Below are positions 28,495 through 37,373 of a DNA stretch of 64,000 bases, piece by piece. Position 1 is the stretch's first letter. Every line of letters starts with the position of its first letter. The notes under the pieces are model-generated. The model saw only the letters and a program-made list of their open reading frames with translations, ran no database searches and was not told the DNA's origin. Source of the stretch: Alphaproteobacteria bacterium (GTDB taxonomy: Bacteria; Pseudomonadota; Alphaproteobacteria; Rs-D84); contig JAFVOS010000011.1 of assembly GCA_017505705.1 (NCBI GenBank), positions 45,449-109,448 on the forward strand, in the 5' to 3' direction. The translations under genes and the position numbers were made by a program.

Positions 28495-28994
28495 TGCAAT
28501 TAAATCAATCGATGGCTGAAAAAATATTGTCTGACATGGGTATGGACGACATGCCAACGATTGAATACACCCCCATACCAACAGCACTATCTGCCGATTG
28601 GTTCAAGAAATACAAAGACCTGTGCCATACATTTGTATCCAGCCTAACAGATTCTGTCCAAGAACTTGCGTTTATGAATCTAAGCCAGGATGAATTTATG
28701 GCATTACTTATGGGTCAACGAATTCCCAGCAACCTATCCTTTCGCTTTCGCATTCCGTTGACCTGGGGCGGCAAATTAGAAATTGACAATATGTTCATGT
28801 GCTGGACATTCCCACACAGTCAAAGATTAGATAAATTCATCATGATGCAAGGGGACGCAAGAACAATCTGGTTACCAAATCCAGCAAAAAAGATATATCT
28901 GCCCGCCCATACCACTGGCGGCGGCGATGGTGGTAATGCAACCGAAGACCGCTTGGCACAAATGGCTGCTCAACTGGCATCTGGACGCGAATAA
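28494..28994 (+). CDS. Hypothetical protein (166 aa)
   Basis: Translationally coupled to the upstream gene. ...RFRIPLTWGGKLEIDNMFMCWTFPHSQ... is a possible GG...N...C..H HNH-like remnant (speculative). Confidence 0.45.
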   Translation: MQLNQSMAEKILSDMGMDDMPTIEYTPIPTALSADWFKKYKDLCHTFVSSLTDSVQELAFMNLSQDEFMALLMGQRIPSNLSFRFRIPLTWGGKLEIDNMFMCWTFPHSQRLDKFIMMQGDARTIWLPNPAKKIYLPAHTTGGGDGGNATEDRLAQMAAQLASGRE

Positions 28995-29009
28995 AAAGGA
29001 ACGTCAACA

Positions 29010-29444
29010 ATGACATGCGACGAATTTTTGTCTGTAATATCTGCACGTGGTGCAATACTTGCGCCACCTGTATCCGAATCGGACATTGCCCAAACTAACT
29101 CTAATCTCCAGCATATGCGTGCTGCTATATTACCAATGTTTATGATTGATTTATATCGTCACACTGGTGGCATTATGCTGGATACTGGGTATATATTTGG
29201 CCCACACGAAATAGAAAACGGTGCCCGCACCCCTGTCCCTGGCATACTGGACATTAATCGTGATATGTCTGTCATACCTGGCATGATTGGCAAAACAATA
29301 TTTGGGCGCAACGATTTATTTTATTTTGCATTTGACGCATTTGGCACATGCTATATGATGGACAACCTGTCACTGCGCATTCTGCGTAAATACGATGACC
29401 CCCACAAGGCCATGATTGATTGCCTAATAGCTGGAAAATTCTAA
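29010..29444 (+). CDS. Hypothetical protein (144 aa), possibly SMI1/KNR4 (SUKH-1) immunity-like
   Basis: ...VSESDIAQTNSNLQHMRAAILPMFMIDLYRHTGGIML... resembles the LPxDYxxFLxxxNGG pattern of the SMI1/KNR4 family. Similarity is judged by eye only. Confidence 0.4.
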   Translation: MTCDEFLSVISARGAILAPPVSESDIAQTNSNLQHMRAAILPMFMIDLYRHTGGIMLDTGYIFGPHEIENGARTPVPGILDINRDMSVIPGMIGKTIFGRNDLFYFAFDAFGTCYMMDNLSLRILRKYDDPHKAMIDCLIAGKF

Positions 29445-29445
29445 C

Positions 29446-29652
29446 ATGAAAAAAATATCTGTATCTTTATCAGGTCACCAAACCAGTATAACCCTGGAAC
29501 CAGAATTTATTGATGTATTAAAACGCATTGCAAACGCACGTGGTGTATCTGTTGCATCAATAATCTCTGACATTGACAATACACGCACCCCTGATTCCAA
29601 CCTGTCATCTGCGATTCGTGTATGGGTCCTGACCCAGGTTATGAAGCATTAA
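29446..29652 (+). CDS. Ribbon-helix-helix domain DNA-binding protein (alphaproteobacterial 'SLSGHQTS' RHH family)
   Basis: 68 aa. MKKISVSLSGHQTSITLEPEFIDVLKRIANARGVSVASIISDID...NLSSAIRVWVL. A 1-nt gap separates it from the upstream gene. Confidence 0.7.
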   Translation: MKKISVSLSGHQTSITLEPEFIDVLKRIANARGVSVASIISDIDNTRTPDSNLSSAIRVWVLTQVMKH

Positions 29653-31691
29653 TTATTTTCTTTTTTATCAACTGCTGACATTGCAATTGATGACACGCAC
29701 GCAAATCCCAATATGATTATAAACCACCAATTCATACCAATCATTCTGTATGGCGTCATATGTGCACCCCATACAAAACCATCGATATGTCCCGACACAC
29801 CAATTGGGATACTGTCAATAATTGTACCATCGGCTGCAATAAATGCACTTATCCCGGAATAGTTTGCCCGCACAATTGGCAGTCCTGCTTCAATTGCATA
29901 ACGTCGCACCATATCCAGATGTTGATATGTCCCTGGCGTATATCCAAACCAGTTATCATTTGTAATATTAATAATTGCATCTGGCATCAGCCCTGCCCCA
30001 TCTGGCAACAATGAATCAGAAAAAATTATTTCATAGCATACCGCTGGTGCGAACACAAAATCACGTCCCGACACATTCAGACTTATCAGTTCTGGTCCAT
30101 CACCTGGGACCAGATTCGCTGGACTTGGCAAAAATCCCAACGGTCTGTATTCTCCAAACGGCACCAGATGAGATTTGCTGTATACGCTAAGAATCCGGCC
30201 CAAATCATCTGATACCACCAATGAATTTTGCACCCCAACAGATGGTTTATATGTCGACGCACCAACAACAACATTTGTTCCAAGCGCCGTTGCCAATGGC
30301 ATTTCATCACCATCGACCAAAACAAATGGATATGCAGTTTCTGGATATATAACTAAATCAGCACGTGATTGTCCCACCCCTAAAAACAATAATTTTCGCA
30401 GATTTTCTTCTGCATTTTTCATTGCCTGTTCACGATTATGTGTTGCTTTCTGCACCTGGGAAAAAGCAGGTTGTACCACACGAATCATTTGTGGTTTCAT
30501 CTCTGCCCCACTGTCAGATTTCATCATATTTTCACGCCCACACGCAACACCAACCAACATCAATAATATAAATACTAACAGCGAACCCAGCACTGCTTTA
30601 TTTTTTCTGTTTCGCAAAAATTCAACAACCGCCCCAGAAAACCCAACTATTATAAACGTCAGGCCCAACGCCCCCCACAACGACATCGAATTTGCCAACA
30701 TTGGAAAAGGCATTGCAATATTCGCAATTGGATTCCATGGAAAACCCGTAAACAGCCACTCACGCAGCCACAGCACAACCGTCCACACACCTGCAAAAAA
30801 GAACGGACGTGCCCCAGGTTTTACATTAACAATTCTTAATATTGCAAATGGCACACCAAATATTATCACACCTGCCAACCCCAAACCTATTACCCCAGGA
30901 ATTGTCCAAATTGCATATTGTGCGGTCAATTCCGGCACCACATATATAGAATTCAAGACCCACCAAAACATTGAAATTCCATACATTGCACCAAATGGCG
31001 ACACACGTAATAACGCCTGCCAGAAACCAACCTTTTTTGTTGTCCGCACTGTCAACCAATATGCCCCCATAAAACATAAAATCGTCATCCACCAAACATT
31101 AAAAGGTGCAAACCCAAACGCCGCACATGCACCAAACACTGCGTACAGCGCATATTGCCAAAATCCATCATCACGTATTTTCAGTTTGTTAAAAAACGCA
31201 AACACACCTGCCCCAGGACAACAAGATTCATCACCACAGACAAACTCTTGTTCATCATCATACGGATTTTTGATACCAATTTTTTTCAGTGCTTCAATCT
31301 CTTTAGATTCCATTTTTTTTGCTTGTCTATCATTTAAATGATCATATCCAATCAAATGCAAAACACCATGCACAACCATATGTGCCGTATGATTTTCCAT
31401 CGTTATATTTTCTGTTTTTGCCTGTTGCATCACCGTATCAAATGAAATATAAATATCCCCCAACAGAACATCATCCCCCAGTTCAAACGATAAAACATTT
31501 GTTGGCATATCTTTGCCACGATATTCACGATTAAGCGCATGAATTTCCGAATCATTTGTTAATATAATCGACACCTCTGATTCGCCATATCCCTTTAAAT
31601 CCAGCGCAGACACGATTTTTTCAAAATCGATTTTGAATTTTTTCCAGCGTTTATCATGAACATCAACATATACTTTCATTTGCATTCCCAT
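29649..31691 (-). CDS. lnt: Apparent fusion: rRNA maturation RNase YbeY (N-terminal ~150 aa) + apolipoprotein N-acyltransferase Lnt (C-terminal ~520 aa)
   Basis: 680 aa in one frame. N-terminal ...HMVVHGVLHLIGYDHLNDRQAKKMESKEIEALKKIGIKNPYDDEQEF is the YbeY H3xH motif and typical end. The Lnt N-terminal TM region (ALYAVFGACAAFGFAPFNVWW...) follows a ~20 aa linker (VCGDESCCPGAGVFAFFNKLKI) with no stop. The C-terminal CN-hydrolase domain (...VCYEIIFSD...) completes Lnt. Confidence 0.75.
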   Translation of the reverse strand: MGMQMKVYVDVHDKRWKKFKIDFEKIVSALDLKGYGESEVSIILTNDSEIHALNREYRGKDMPTNVLSFELGDDVLLGDIYISFDTVMQQAKTENITMENHTAHMVVHGVLHLIGYDHLNDRQAKKMESKEIEALKKIGIKNPYDDEQEFVCGDESCCPGAGVFAFFNKLKIRDDGFWQYALYAVFGACAAFGFAPFNVWWMTILCFMGAYWLTVRTTKKVGFWQALLRVSPFGAMYGISMFWWVLNSIYVVPELTAQYAIWTIPGVIGLGLAGVIIFGVPFAILRIVNVKPGARPFFFAGVWTVVLWLREWLFTGFPWNPIANIAMPFPMLANSMSLWGALGLTFIIVGFSGAVVEFLRNRKNKAVLGSLLVFILLMLVGVACGRENMMKSDSGAEMKPQMIRVVQPAFSQVQKATHNREQAMKNAEENLRKLLFLGVGQSRADLVIYPETAYPFVLVDGDEMPLATALGTNVVVGASTYKPSVGVQNSLVVSDDLGRILSVYSKSHLVPFGEYRPLGFLPSPANLVPGDGPELISLNVSGRDFVFAPAVCYEIIFSDSLLPDGAGLMPDAIINITNDNWFGYTPGTYQHLDMVRRYAIEAGLPIVRANYSGISAFIAADGTIIDSIPIGVSGHIDGFVWGAHMTPYRMIGMNWWFIIILGFACVSSIAMSAVDKKENN

Positions 31692-31710
31692 TTTTATTTT
31701 TTAACAAAAA

Positions 31711-33588
31711 TTATGCCATTGTTGTCTTATACTCTTGACCATACAGCAACAAATCATTCTTTGCATTTTTCTGATGAATTTGTTTAATTCCTGCATTAAA
31801 AGCAATTTTATTTTTTCCACTCTGCTTAATTTTCTCTGCAACACGTGTAATATCTTTTTGCACTTTTCTGTTGCCGTTGGCCAACGCCAGTTTATAGTTT
31901 GCCAACGCTTTTTGATAATTTCCCAACTGTTCATACGCAAACCCAGCATTATATTGTGCCGCCCCATATTGAGATTTATCACCGATTCGCTGAACAATCT
32001 CGCGTGCCTGGGCAATTGCTTCGTTATACATCCCCAATTTATTATATGTTACAGATAAATCATTACGCAGCAATGCATTATCTGGATACTGCAAAATCAT
32101 ATCATTATATTTTTCAGCTGCTGCTTTATAATCACCTGCCCGATACGATGCCACTGCATCTTCATACAACTGGTCATATCCAATAACATATGTTTTAACT
32201 TCAACAGCTTCTTCTTTTTTTATTTTTTTGTCTGATTTTAGAACATTGTCCCAAACAGTTGGCGCACCAATTTCACATTTTCCCTGTGCGCAATGTTGCG
32301 CCACATCTTTTGGCAACCAATCAGACACAGGCTGCCACAAACCGCCAACTAATGGATTTCCTTGTCTATCTACTGGATTTTCCAACCACGCATTAAACTT
32401 ATCCAGTGTTTCATCATTTACGACACGCTGTCCTTGTTCTTCTATGAACCAATTATCTCTTTTGCCACCAACGATTTTATAGAACTCATAGAACCCCCCA
32501 ACTGGTATTTTCAAGAAAACCTCTGGTGCTATATTTCCTTTTATAACCTGGGCTTCCAACCATCTGCGCCATTTCAACCCATTGCCACCCTTTAAAAAAT
32601 TTCCCAAACTGTCGGCTATATCTTTTTTATCCCCACCCATCAGCCAAACACTGCCAACGGACGTCATATGTTCTACTGGATATTTGGCGAACACAGCCTT
32701 TACCATTTCATTTGTTATCGCATTTCCGTTTTCCGCATGCAGTTTATCCAGTTCTGCAAATCTTTCATGATAATTACGATTTCTTTTTTTTCCTATATAC
32801 GACGGCTCTATTAAATCCGTCCCCAGATTATATGTTGCCGCCGACAAAGATATTAATTCTGCCGCCTGTTTTATATCAACATCACCGAATGCCACATCAT
32901 AACAATACAACCTGAACAAAGTCTCGTTTTCCATAATATGCCAGCATGCCAATTCATATGCTTCTTCTGTTGTAATTGGTGGCGTATCTTTGGTTATACT
33001 TTTTTTATCTTTTAACATTGTCGAACCAAAACCAATTGTCCAAACGCCCTGTCCATCCTGATATGGTATATGTTCTCCTTTATCATTGGTTTTAACGCCT
33101 TCTTTGGCAATCAAGTCTGCAACCAGATACGGCAACACAGGTTTCATTTTATCCAGATATTCTGCATATGTTCCACGCTTTGCCTGCTCTGCTTCACGTT
33201 CTGTTTTTACCCGTTCCACCAAATCGGCCAGTTCTATTCCCCCTTTAACCCCACCGATAATCAATGCAATCATCATGTAATAAATAATATGCACCGACAA
33301 ATTTGGATTTTTTTTCATAAACGCAGACAGCTTTTTATCCTGCTTGTACTTATTTTTTTCAACCTTCATTTCACGCAATGCATTTTCCCCGGCCCGCAAC
33401 GCATGATTATCCAGCGTCAAATATTTTACAGCCCACGTTAAAAACTGCATCAACCCAGTCATGGTCAACCCCGCCCCCTTGGCGGCTTTTCCATACCACT
33501 TATCAGGTTGTAAACTCAGAATCCGCTTTGTCGCCCGACCAAACGCACGATGCGGTGCATTAACAATATTTTCAAAATCTTCAGACAT
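31711..33588 (-). CDS. Membrane-anchored protein with GH24 (T4-lysozyme-like) domain and C-terminal TPR repeats
   Basis: 625 aa. One TM (VHIIYYMMIALIIGGV). ...IAKEGVKTNDKGEHIPYQDGQGVWTIGFGST...ITTEEAYEL matches the GH24 E...D...T signature (EG..Y.D..G..TIG.G). C-terminal YEDAVASYRAGDYKAAAEKY...LGMYNEAIAQ...LGNYQKALANYKLAL forms TPR-like repeats. Confidence 0.6.
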   Translation of the reverse strand: MSEDFENIVNAPHRAFGRATKRILSLQPDKWYGKAAKGAGLTMTGLMQFLTWAVKYLTLDNHALRAGENALREMKVEKNKYKQDKKLSAFMKKNPNLSVHIIYYMMIALIIGGVKGGIELADLVERVKTEREAEQAKRGTYAEYLDKMKPVLPYLVADLIAKEGVKTNDKGEHIPYQDGQGVWTIGFGSTMLKDKKSITKDTPPITTEEAYELACWHIMENETLFRLYCYDVAFGDVDIKQAAELISLSAATYNLGTDLIEPSYIGKKRNRNYHERFAELDKLHAENGNAITNEMVKAVFAKYPVEHMTSVGSVWLMGGDKKDIADSLGNFLKGGNGLKWRRWLEAQVIKGNIAPEVFLKIPVGGFYEFYKIVGGKRDNWFIEEQGQRVVNDETLDKFNAWLENPVDRQGNPLVGGLWQPVSDWLPKDVAQHCAQGKCEIGAPTVWDNVLKSDKKIKKEEAVEVKTYVIGYDQLYEDAVASYRAGDYKAAAEKYNDMILQYPDNALLRNDLSVTYNKLGMYNEAIAQAREIVQRIGDKSQYGAAQYNAGFAYEQLGNYQKALANYKLALANGNRKVQKDITRVAEKIKQSGKNKIAFNAGIKQIHQKNAKNDLLLYGQEYKTTMA

Positions 33589-34014
33589 TTACTTTTTTCC
33601 CAATCCTGTTTTCTTTGCAATTTTTGATCGTTTACGTGCATAGTTTGGTGCAACAAATGGATAATCAACCGGCAATCCCCACTTTGCCCGATATTCTTCA
33701 GGTGTCATATTAAATTTACGCTTAACATATCGGCGCAGCATTACATGCCATGTGCCATCTTCCAGACACTGAATTTTATCTGGCTGAATTGAATCTTCAA
33801 TCTGTTGTGGTGTCACAGACGCCCCACGTAAAATCTCACGTGCTTGACTGACCGCTACTTCCATTGTCAAAGATGGATTTGCCGCAATTGCCGCCGCCGC
33901 CAGGTTTGCCACCGCCAACGCAAATTCTGAACTTTTATTTATATTTACCAATTGATAAAACCCTTTTATTCTAATAGAATAATTATAGCATAAATAAACA
34001 TCAAATAAAAGCAC
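33589..34014 (-). CDS. mucR: MucR/Ros-family transcriptional regulator homolog lacking three of four zinc ligands
   Basis: 141 aa. C-terminal ...KIQCLEDGTWHVMLRRYVKRKFNMTPEEYRAKWGLPVDYPFVAPNYARKRSKIAKKTGLG aligns to Ros ...[57 protein letters not shown], with C82 to D, H92 to Y and H97 to F. Confidence 0.7.
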   Translation of the reverse strand: MLLFDVYLCYNYSIRIKGFYQLVNINKSSEFALAVANLAAAAIAANPSLTMEVAVSQAREILRGASVTPQQIEDSIQPDKIQCLEDGTWHVMLRRYVKRKFNMTPEEYRAKWGLPVDYPFVAPNYARKRSKIAKKTGLGKK

Positions 34015-34020
34015 AGTAAA

Positions 34021-35292
34021 ATGACACGTCCACTTGCCGATTTAATGCGCCCAAACACAATTGACGAAGTTGTTGGTCAAACAACACTTCTTGGCGAAAA
34101 CGGCTTGGTTCGTCGCATGGTTGACAACAAAAAATTATCTAACCTAATTTTATGGGGGCCGCCAGGATGCGGAAAAACAACGATTGCACGTGCACTGGCA
34201 AATTCAGTTGACATGGATTTTGTTCCAATGTCTGCCGTTTTTTCAGGAACAGCCGACATAAAAAAAGCGATGGATGCCGCTCGTATGAATCGTGACATTG
34301 GCCGTAACACATTACTGTTCATTGATGAAATACACCGATTTAATAAAACCCAACAAGATACCCTGTTGCCATACCTTGAAGATGGCACTGTTGTGTTTAT
34401 GGGTGCAACCACAGAAAACCCCAGTTTTAATTTAAACAATGCATTACTGTCACGATGCCACGTTGGTGTATTGCAACCATTGTCCAGCGAAGATTTATTG
34501 ACATTAATTCAGCGTGCCGAAGATTTCTTGGAAAAAAAATTACCACTGGATGAAAACGCCCGCACACATCTGGCCCAGATGGCGGATGGCGATGCCAGAT
34601 TTTTATTAAACACTGTTGAATACCTGATTAATGCAAATTTCAAAAAAGATCTGAGCCCCGAAGAATTAGATAACGCTGTCCAGAAGCGTGCACCCTTGTC
34701 TGACAAAAGTGGTGACGAGCATTATAACCTGATATCAGCTGTTCATAAATCTTTGCGTGCCAGTGACACTGATGCCGCCCTCTATTGGACGGCACGCATG
34801 ATGACATCCGGCCAGGATCCAATGTACATATTCCGGCGGCTCACCCGATTTGCTGTCGAAGATGTTGGCTTGGCCGATCCGAACGCACTTCAAATGGCAA
34901 TTGCTGCATGGTCTGCATACGAAAGATTGGGCAGCCCCGAAGGCGACCTGGCCCTGACACAATTGGTAATATACCTTGGCACTGCCCCAAAAAGCATTGG
35001 AAATTACAAGGCACAAAAGGCAGCATATGCCATGGCACGTGAAACCGGCAGCCTGATGCCCCCAAAAAACATTTTAAACGCACCAACCAAAATGATGAAA
35101 AATCTGGGATACAACGCTGGATACATCTATGACCCAGACACAGCCACTGGTTTTAGCGGACAAAACTGTTTTCCAGAATCCCTGGGACGGCAAAAGTTTT
35201 ATTATCCCGTTGAACGTGGTTTTGAACGTGAAATCAAAAAACGCTTAGATTATTGGGAATCCCTGCGCAAGAAAATGAATTCAGATAAATAA
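34021..35292 (+). CDS. rarA: Replication-associated recombination protein A (RarA/MgsA AAA+ ATPase)
   Basis: 423 aa. LILWGPPGCGKTTIARALA Walker A, LLFIDEIHRFNKTQQD Walker B/sensor, and a C-terminal MgsA helical domain. Confidence 0.9.
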   Translation: MTRPLADLMRPNTIDEVVGQTTLLGENGLVRRMVDNKKLSNLILWGPPGCGKTTIARALANSVDMDFVPMSAVFSGTADIKKAMDAARMNRDIGRNTLLFIDEIHRFNKTQQDTLLPYLEDGTVVFMGATTENPSFNLNNALLSRCHVGVLQPLSSEDLLTLIQRAEDFLEKKLPLDENARTHLAQMADGDARFLLNTVEYLINANFKKDLSPEELDNAVQKRAPLSDKSGDEHYNLISAVHKSLRASDTDAALYWTARMMTSGQDPMYIFRRLTRFAVEDVGLADPNALQMAIAAWSAYERLGSPEGDLALTQLVIYLGTAPKSIGNYKAQKAAYAMARETGSLMPPKNILNAPTKMMKNLGYNAGYIYDPDTATGFSGQNCFPESLGRQKFYYPVERGFEREIKKRLDYWESLRKKMNSDK

Positions 35293-35309
35293 ATTTATAT
35301 CTCATAACA

Positions 35310-35336
35310 AAAAACCGGCAAAAGCCGGTTTTTTAA
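35310..35336. terminator. Bidirectional terminator hairpin
   Basis: aaaaaaCCGGCaaaaGCCGGtttttt between convergent rarA and the OMP gene. Confidence 0.8.
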
Positions 35337-36034
35337 AACAAAATATTTACCTTGGCACCAATTTGAACATCATCATGCTCAAATTCATAATCAATATGTC
35401 CAACATATTGTGTGCGTCCAAATTGGCGAACCAGTTTGCCCCCAATCCACTCTTCATTAAATGAAGGTGTGGTTGCTTTGCGAATAACAGCATTCAGGCC
35501 CAAACGCCAATCTGCATCAAATCTAAAATACGCTTCTGGCATAAAATCAATATACGCCATACCACGTTCATCATCAAAAATCCAATTAGACTGGATTGTT
35601 CCAGCCAATGTCACACCCGCCCATTGACGCCCAAAACGCCACCCAACATAATATGTTGAATCTGCATAATCAGGTGTTCTTACCTGGCGACTGCCACCAA
35701 ATTTAAAGCCAGCCAAAACGTCTGAGATAAACGTATCAGACGCACCTGCACGATACACAAAACCTAAATCAGTGCTGGTAAATCCGTCATTTTCCCCGGA
35801 AAAATCAATCTGATAATTTACATTTGCCATCACACTAAGTCTGTCATTTAAACCATACGACAGTGTTTCACCGAAACGCAATATATCCCGTCCAAACGTT
35901 GCCACCGATTCAGATAAAATTTCCTGCGTTTTCAGCATATACAGCGGATCAGACGTATCATGTTCCAAAATATTTGCATTTGCACCACCAACCAGCACTG
36001 TTCCAAACAAAAAAGCAGACAACAACTTATGCAT
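35333..36034 (-). CDS. Outer-membrane beta-barrel protein (small, porin/OmpW-like), unknown function
   Basis: 233 aa. Signal peptide MHKLLSAFLFGTVLVGGANA. Alternating hydrophobic beta-strand pattern. C-terminal ...AKVNILF aromatic terminus. Confidence 0.55.
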   Translation of the reverse strand: MHKLLSAFLFGTVLVGGANANILEHDTSDPLYMLKTQEILSESVATFGRDILRFGETLSYGLNDRLSVMANVNYQIDFSGENDGFTSTDLGFVYRAGASDTFISDVLAGFKFGGSRQVRTPDYADSTYYVGWRFGRQWAGVTLAGTIQSNWIFDDERGMAYIDFMPEAYFRFDADWRLGLNAVIRKATTPSFNEEWIGGKLVRQFGRTQYVGHIDYEFEHDDVQIGAKVNILF

Positions 36035-36105
36035 GATTTAAATCCTCTCTCCGATTTATTACAAATCACCGCCCCCATATTCAGGGACGGTGTTATTTTA
36101 TATTT

Positions 36106-37344
36106 TTAGAAATGGAATATCGCTTGGACACCTAACGACATTTCAGATACGTTATCTATCTTAGCATCACCAGAATACTCAAGCCCCGTATTCACCGATG
36201 GATCATACAAATATGTTTTCAGATTTTTACCATCTGCACTATCATAGATTGAAGATTTTGCATAAAGGTTTAATGCAAACCAATCATTTGGCTGCCAACC
36301 TAATGCCGCCTTGACAGATGCCTGGTTATGCCATCCATAGTGACCAAACACACCCTCAACATTTAATGTCCAATCCTGGTTCAAGACGCTAAACACACCC
36401 AAACCACCTTCGATATAGAACATATCTTTTACATCTGTATCATATGCAATATAGAATGCGCCACCATTTGATTCTTCGACAATTGCGCCATATGAATTTT
36501 CATCTAAATTCAGATACCAACCACGTGCCAACCCATAGATTGTTGAACGTGCAACCTTGTACCCTGCTTTTAATTCCAGAACCAGGTTATTAGAAAAATC
36601 TTTCTGATGCTGATAATGTGCCGACGCCATTGCAATCCAATCGGTATTGTCAACCATACGCCATTGACCACCAATGCCAAAGACACTCAGAGAATTATCA
36701 TCCATTTTACTGTCTGCATCAGTTTCATCAAAATCAAATTTGTATTCTGCCATATCAAATTTAGCCATCGCAACCAATGCGACTGTATCGGTAATACCAT
36801 AACTAAAATCTTCTTTGATTGAGAAAGTATTTGATTTCCATTCGCCACCTGGTTCTACAAAATAATCCGACAATTCAAAATCGAACGAATTTTGATTATA
36901 AGACAAATCTGTTATAGAACCAAAGTTTCCACCCAATGGCTGAAAGAATGGATGTGCCAAATAATATTTACGATTTAATTTTGTGATAACCTTTTCACTG
37001 CGTGTTGTACGCACTGTATTCTTTGTTGCCTTGGCCGATGATGAAGATGCCGCATCATACTGTTTGTACAAATCGCTGCGCTTTGATGGTTGTGCATAAT
37101 ACAAATCACCTGCATCAGACTGTTTATACGTACGTGTTGTTGTACGTGTCTGATATTTTTGATAGTTGACATTTTCACGTGTTCTGACCGCTGGCCCACT
37201 TGTCAAATCAGCACTGGATGCCCCACGCAACCCCGAATTAGTTGCCCCAAATACAGGCGTCATTCCAAACATAGCGACCGCCCACACAAACAAAGACAAT
37301 TGCTTCTTCATAAAAAACTCCTTTTGACTAAAATTATAACACAA
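36106..37344 (-). CDS. Outer-membrane beta-barrel protein (larger), unknown function
   Basis: 412 aa. Probable start at MKKQLSLFVWAVAMFGMTPVFGA (about 37311). C-terminal ...LGVQAIFHF. Tyr/Gly-rich strands. Confidence 0.55.
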   Translation of the reverse strand: MCYNFSQKEFFMKKQLSLFVWAVAMFGMTPVFGATNSGLRGASSADLTSGPAVRTRENVNYQKYQTRTTTRTYKQSDAGDLYYAQPSKRSDLYKQYDAASSSSAKATKNTVRTTRSEKVITKLNRKYYLAHPFFQPLGGNFGSITDLSYNQNSFDFELSDYFVEPGGEWKSNTFSIKEDFSYGITDTVALVAMAKFDMAEYKFDFDETDADSKMDDNSLSVFGIGGQWRMVDNTDWIAMASAHYQHQKDFSNNLVLELKAGYKVARSTIYGLARGWYLNLDENSYGAIVEESNGGAFYIAYDTDVKDMFYIEGGLGVFSVLNQDWTLNVEGVFGHYGWHNQASVKAALGWQPNDWFALNLYAKSSIYDSADGKNLKTYLYDPSVNTGLEYSGDAKIDNVSEMSLGVQAIFHF

Positions 37345-37373
37345 ACAGCAACAATATAAAAGTATTTTTAGCG

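Noticed and set aside
30175-31341. 388 aa plus-strand ORF antisense to ybeY-lnt
   Set aside because: The product is low-complexity (Pro/Thr/Asn-rich, no start context). It is antisense to a well-supported conserved gene. It is a typical shadow ORF in A-rich coding DNA.
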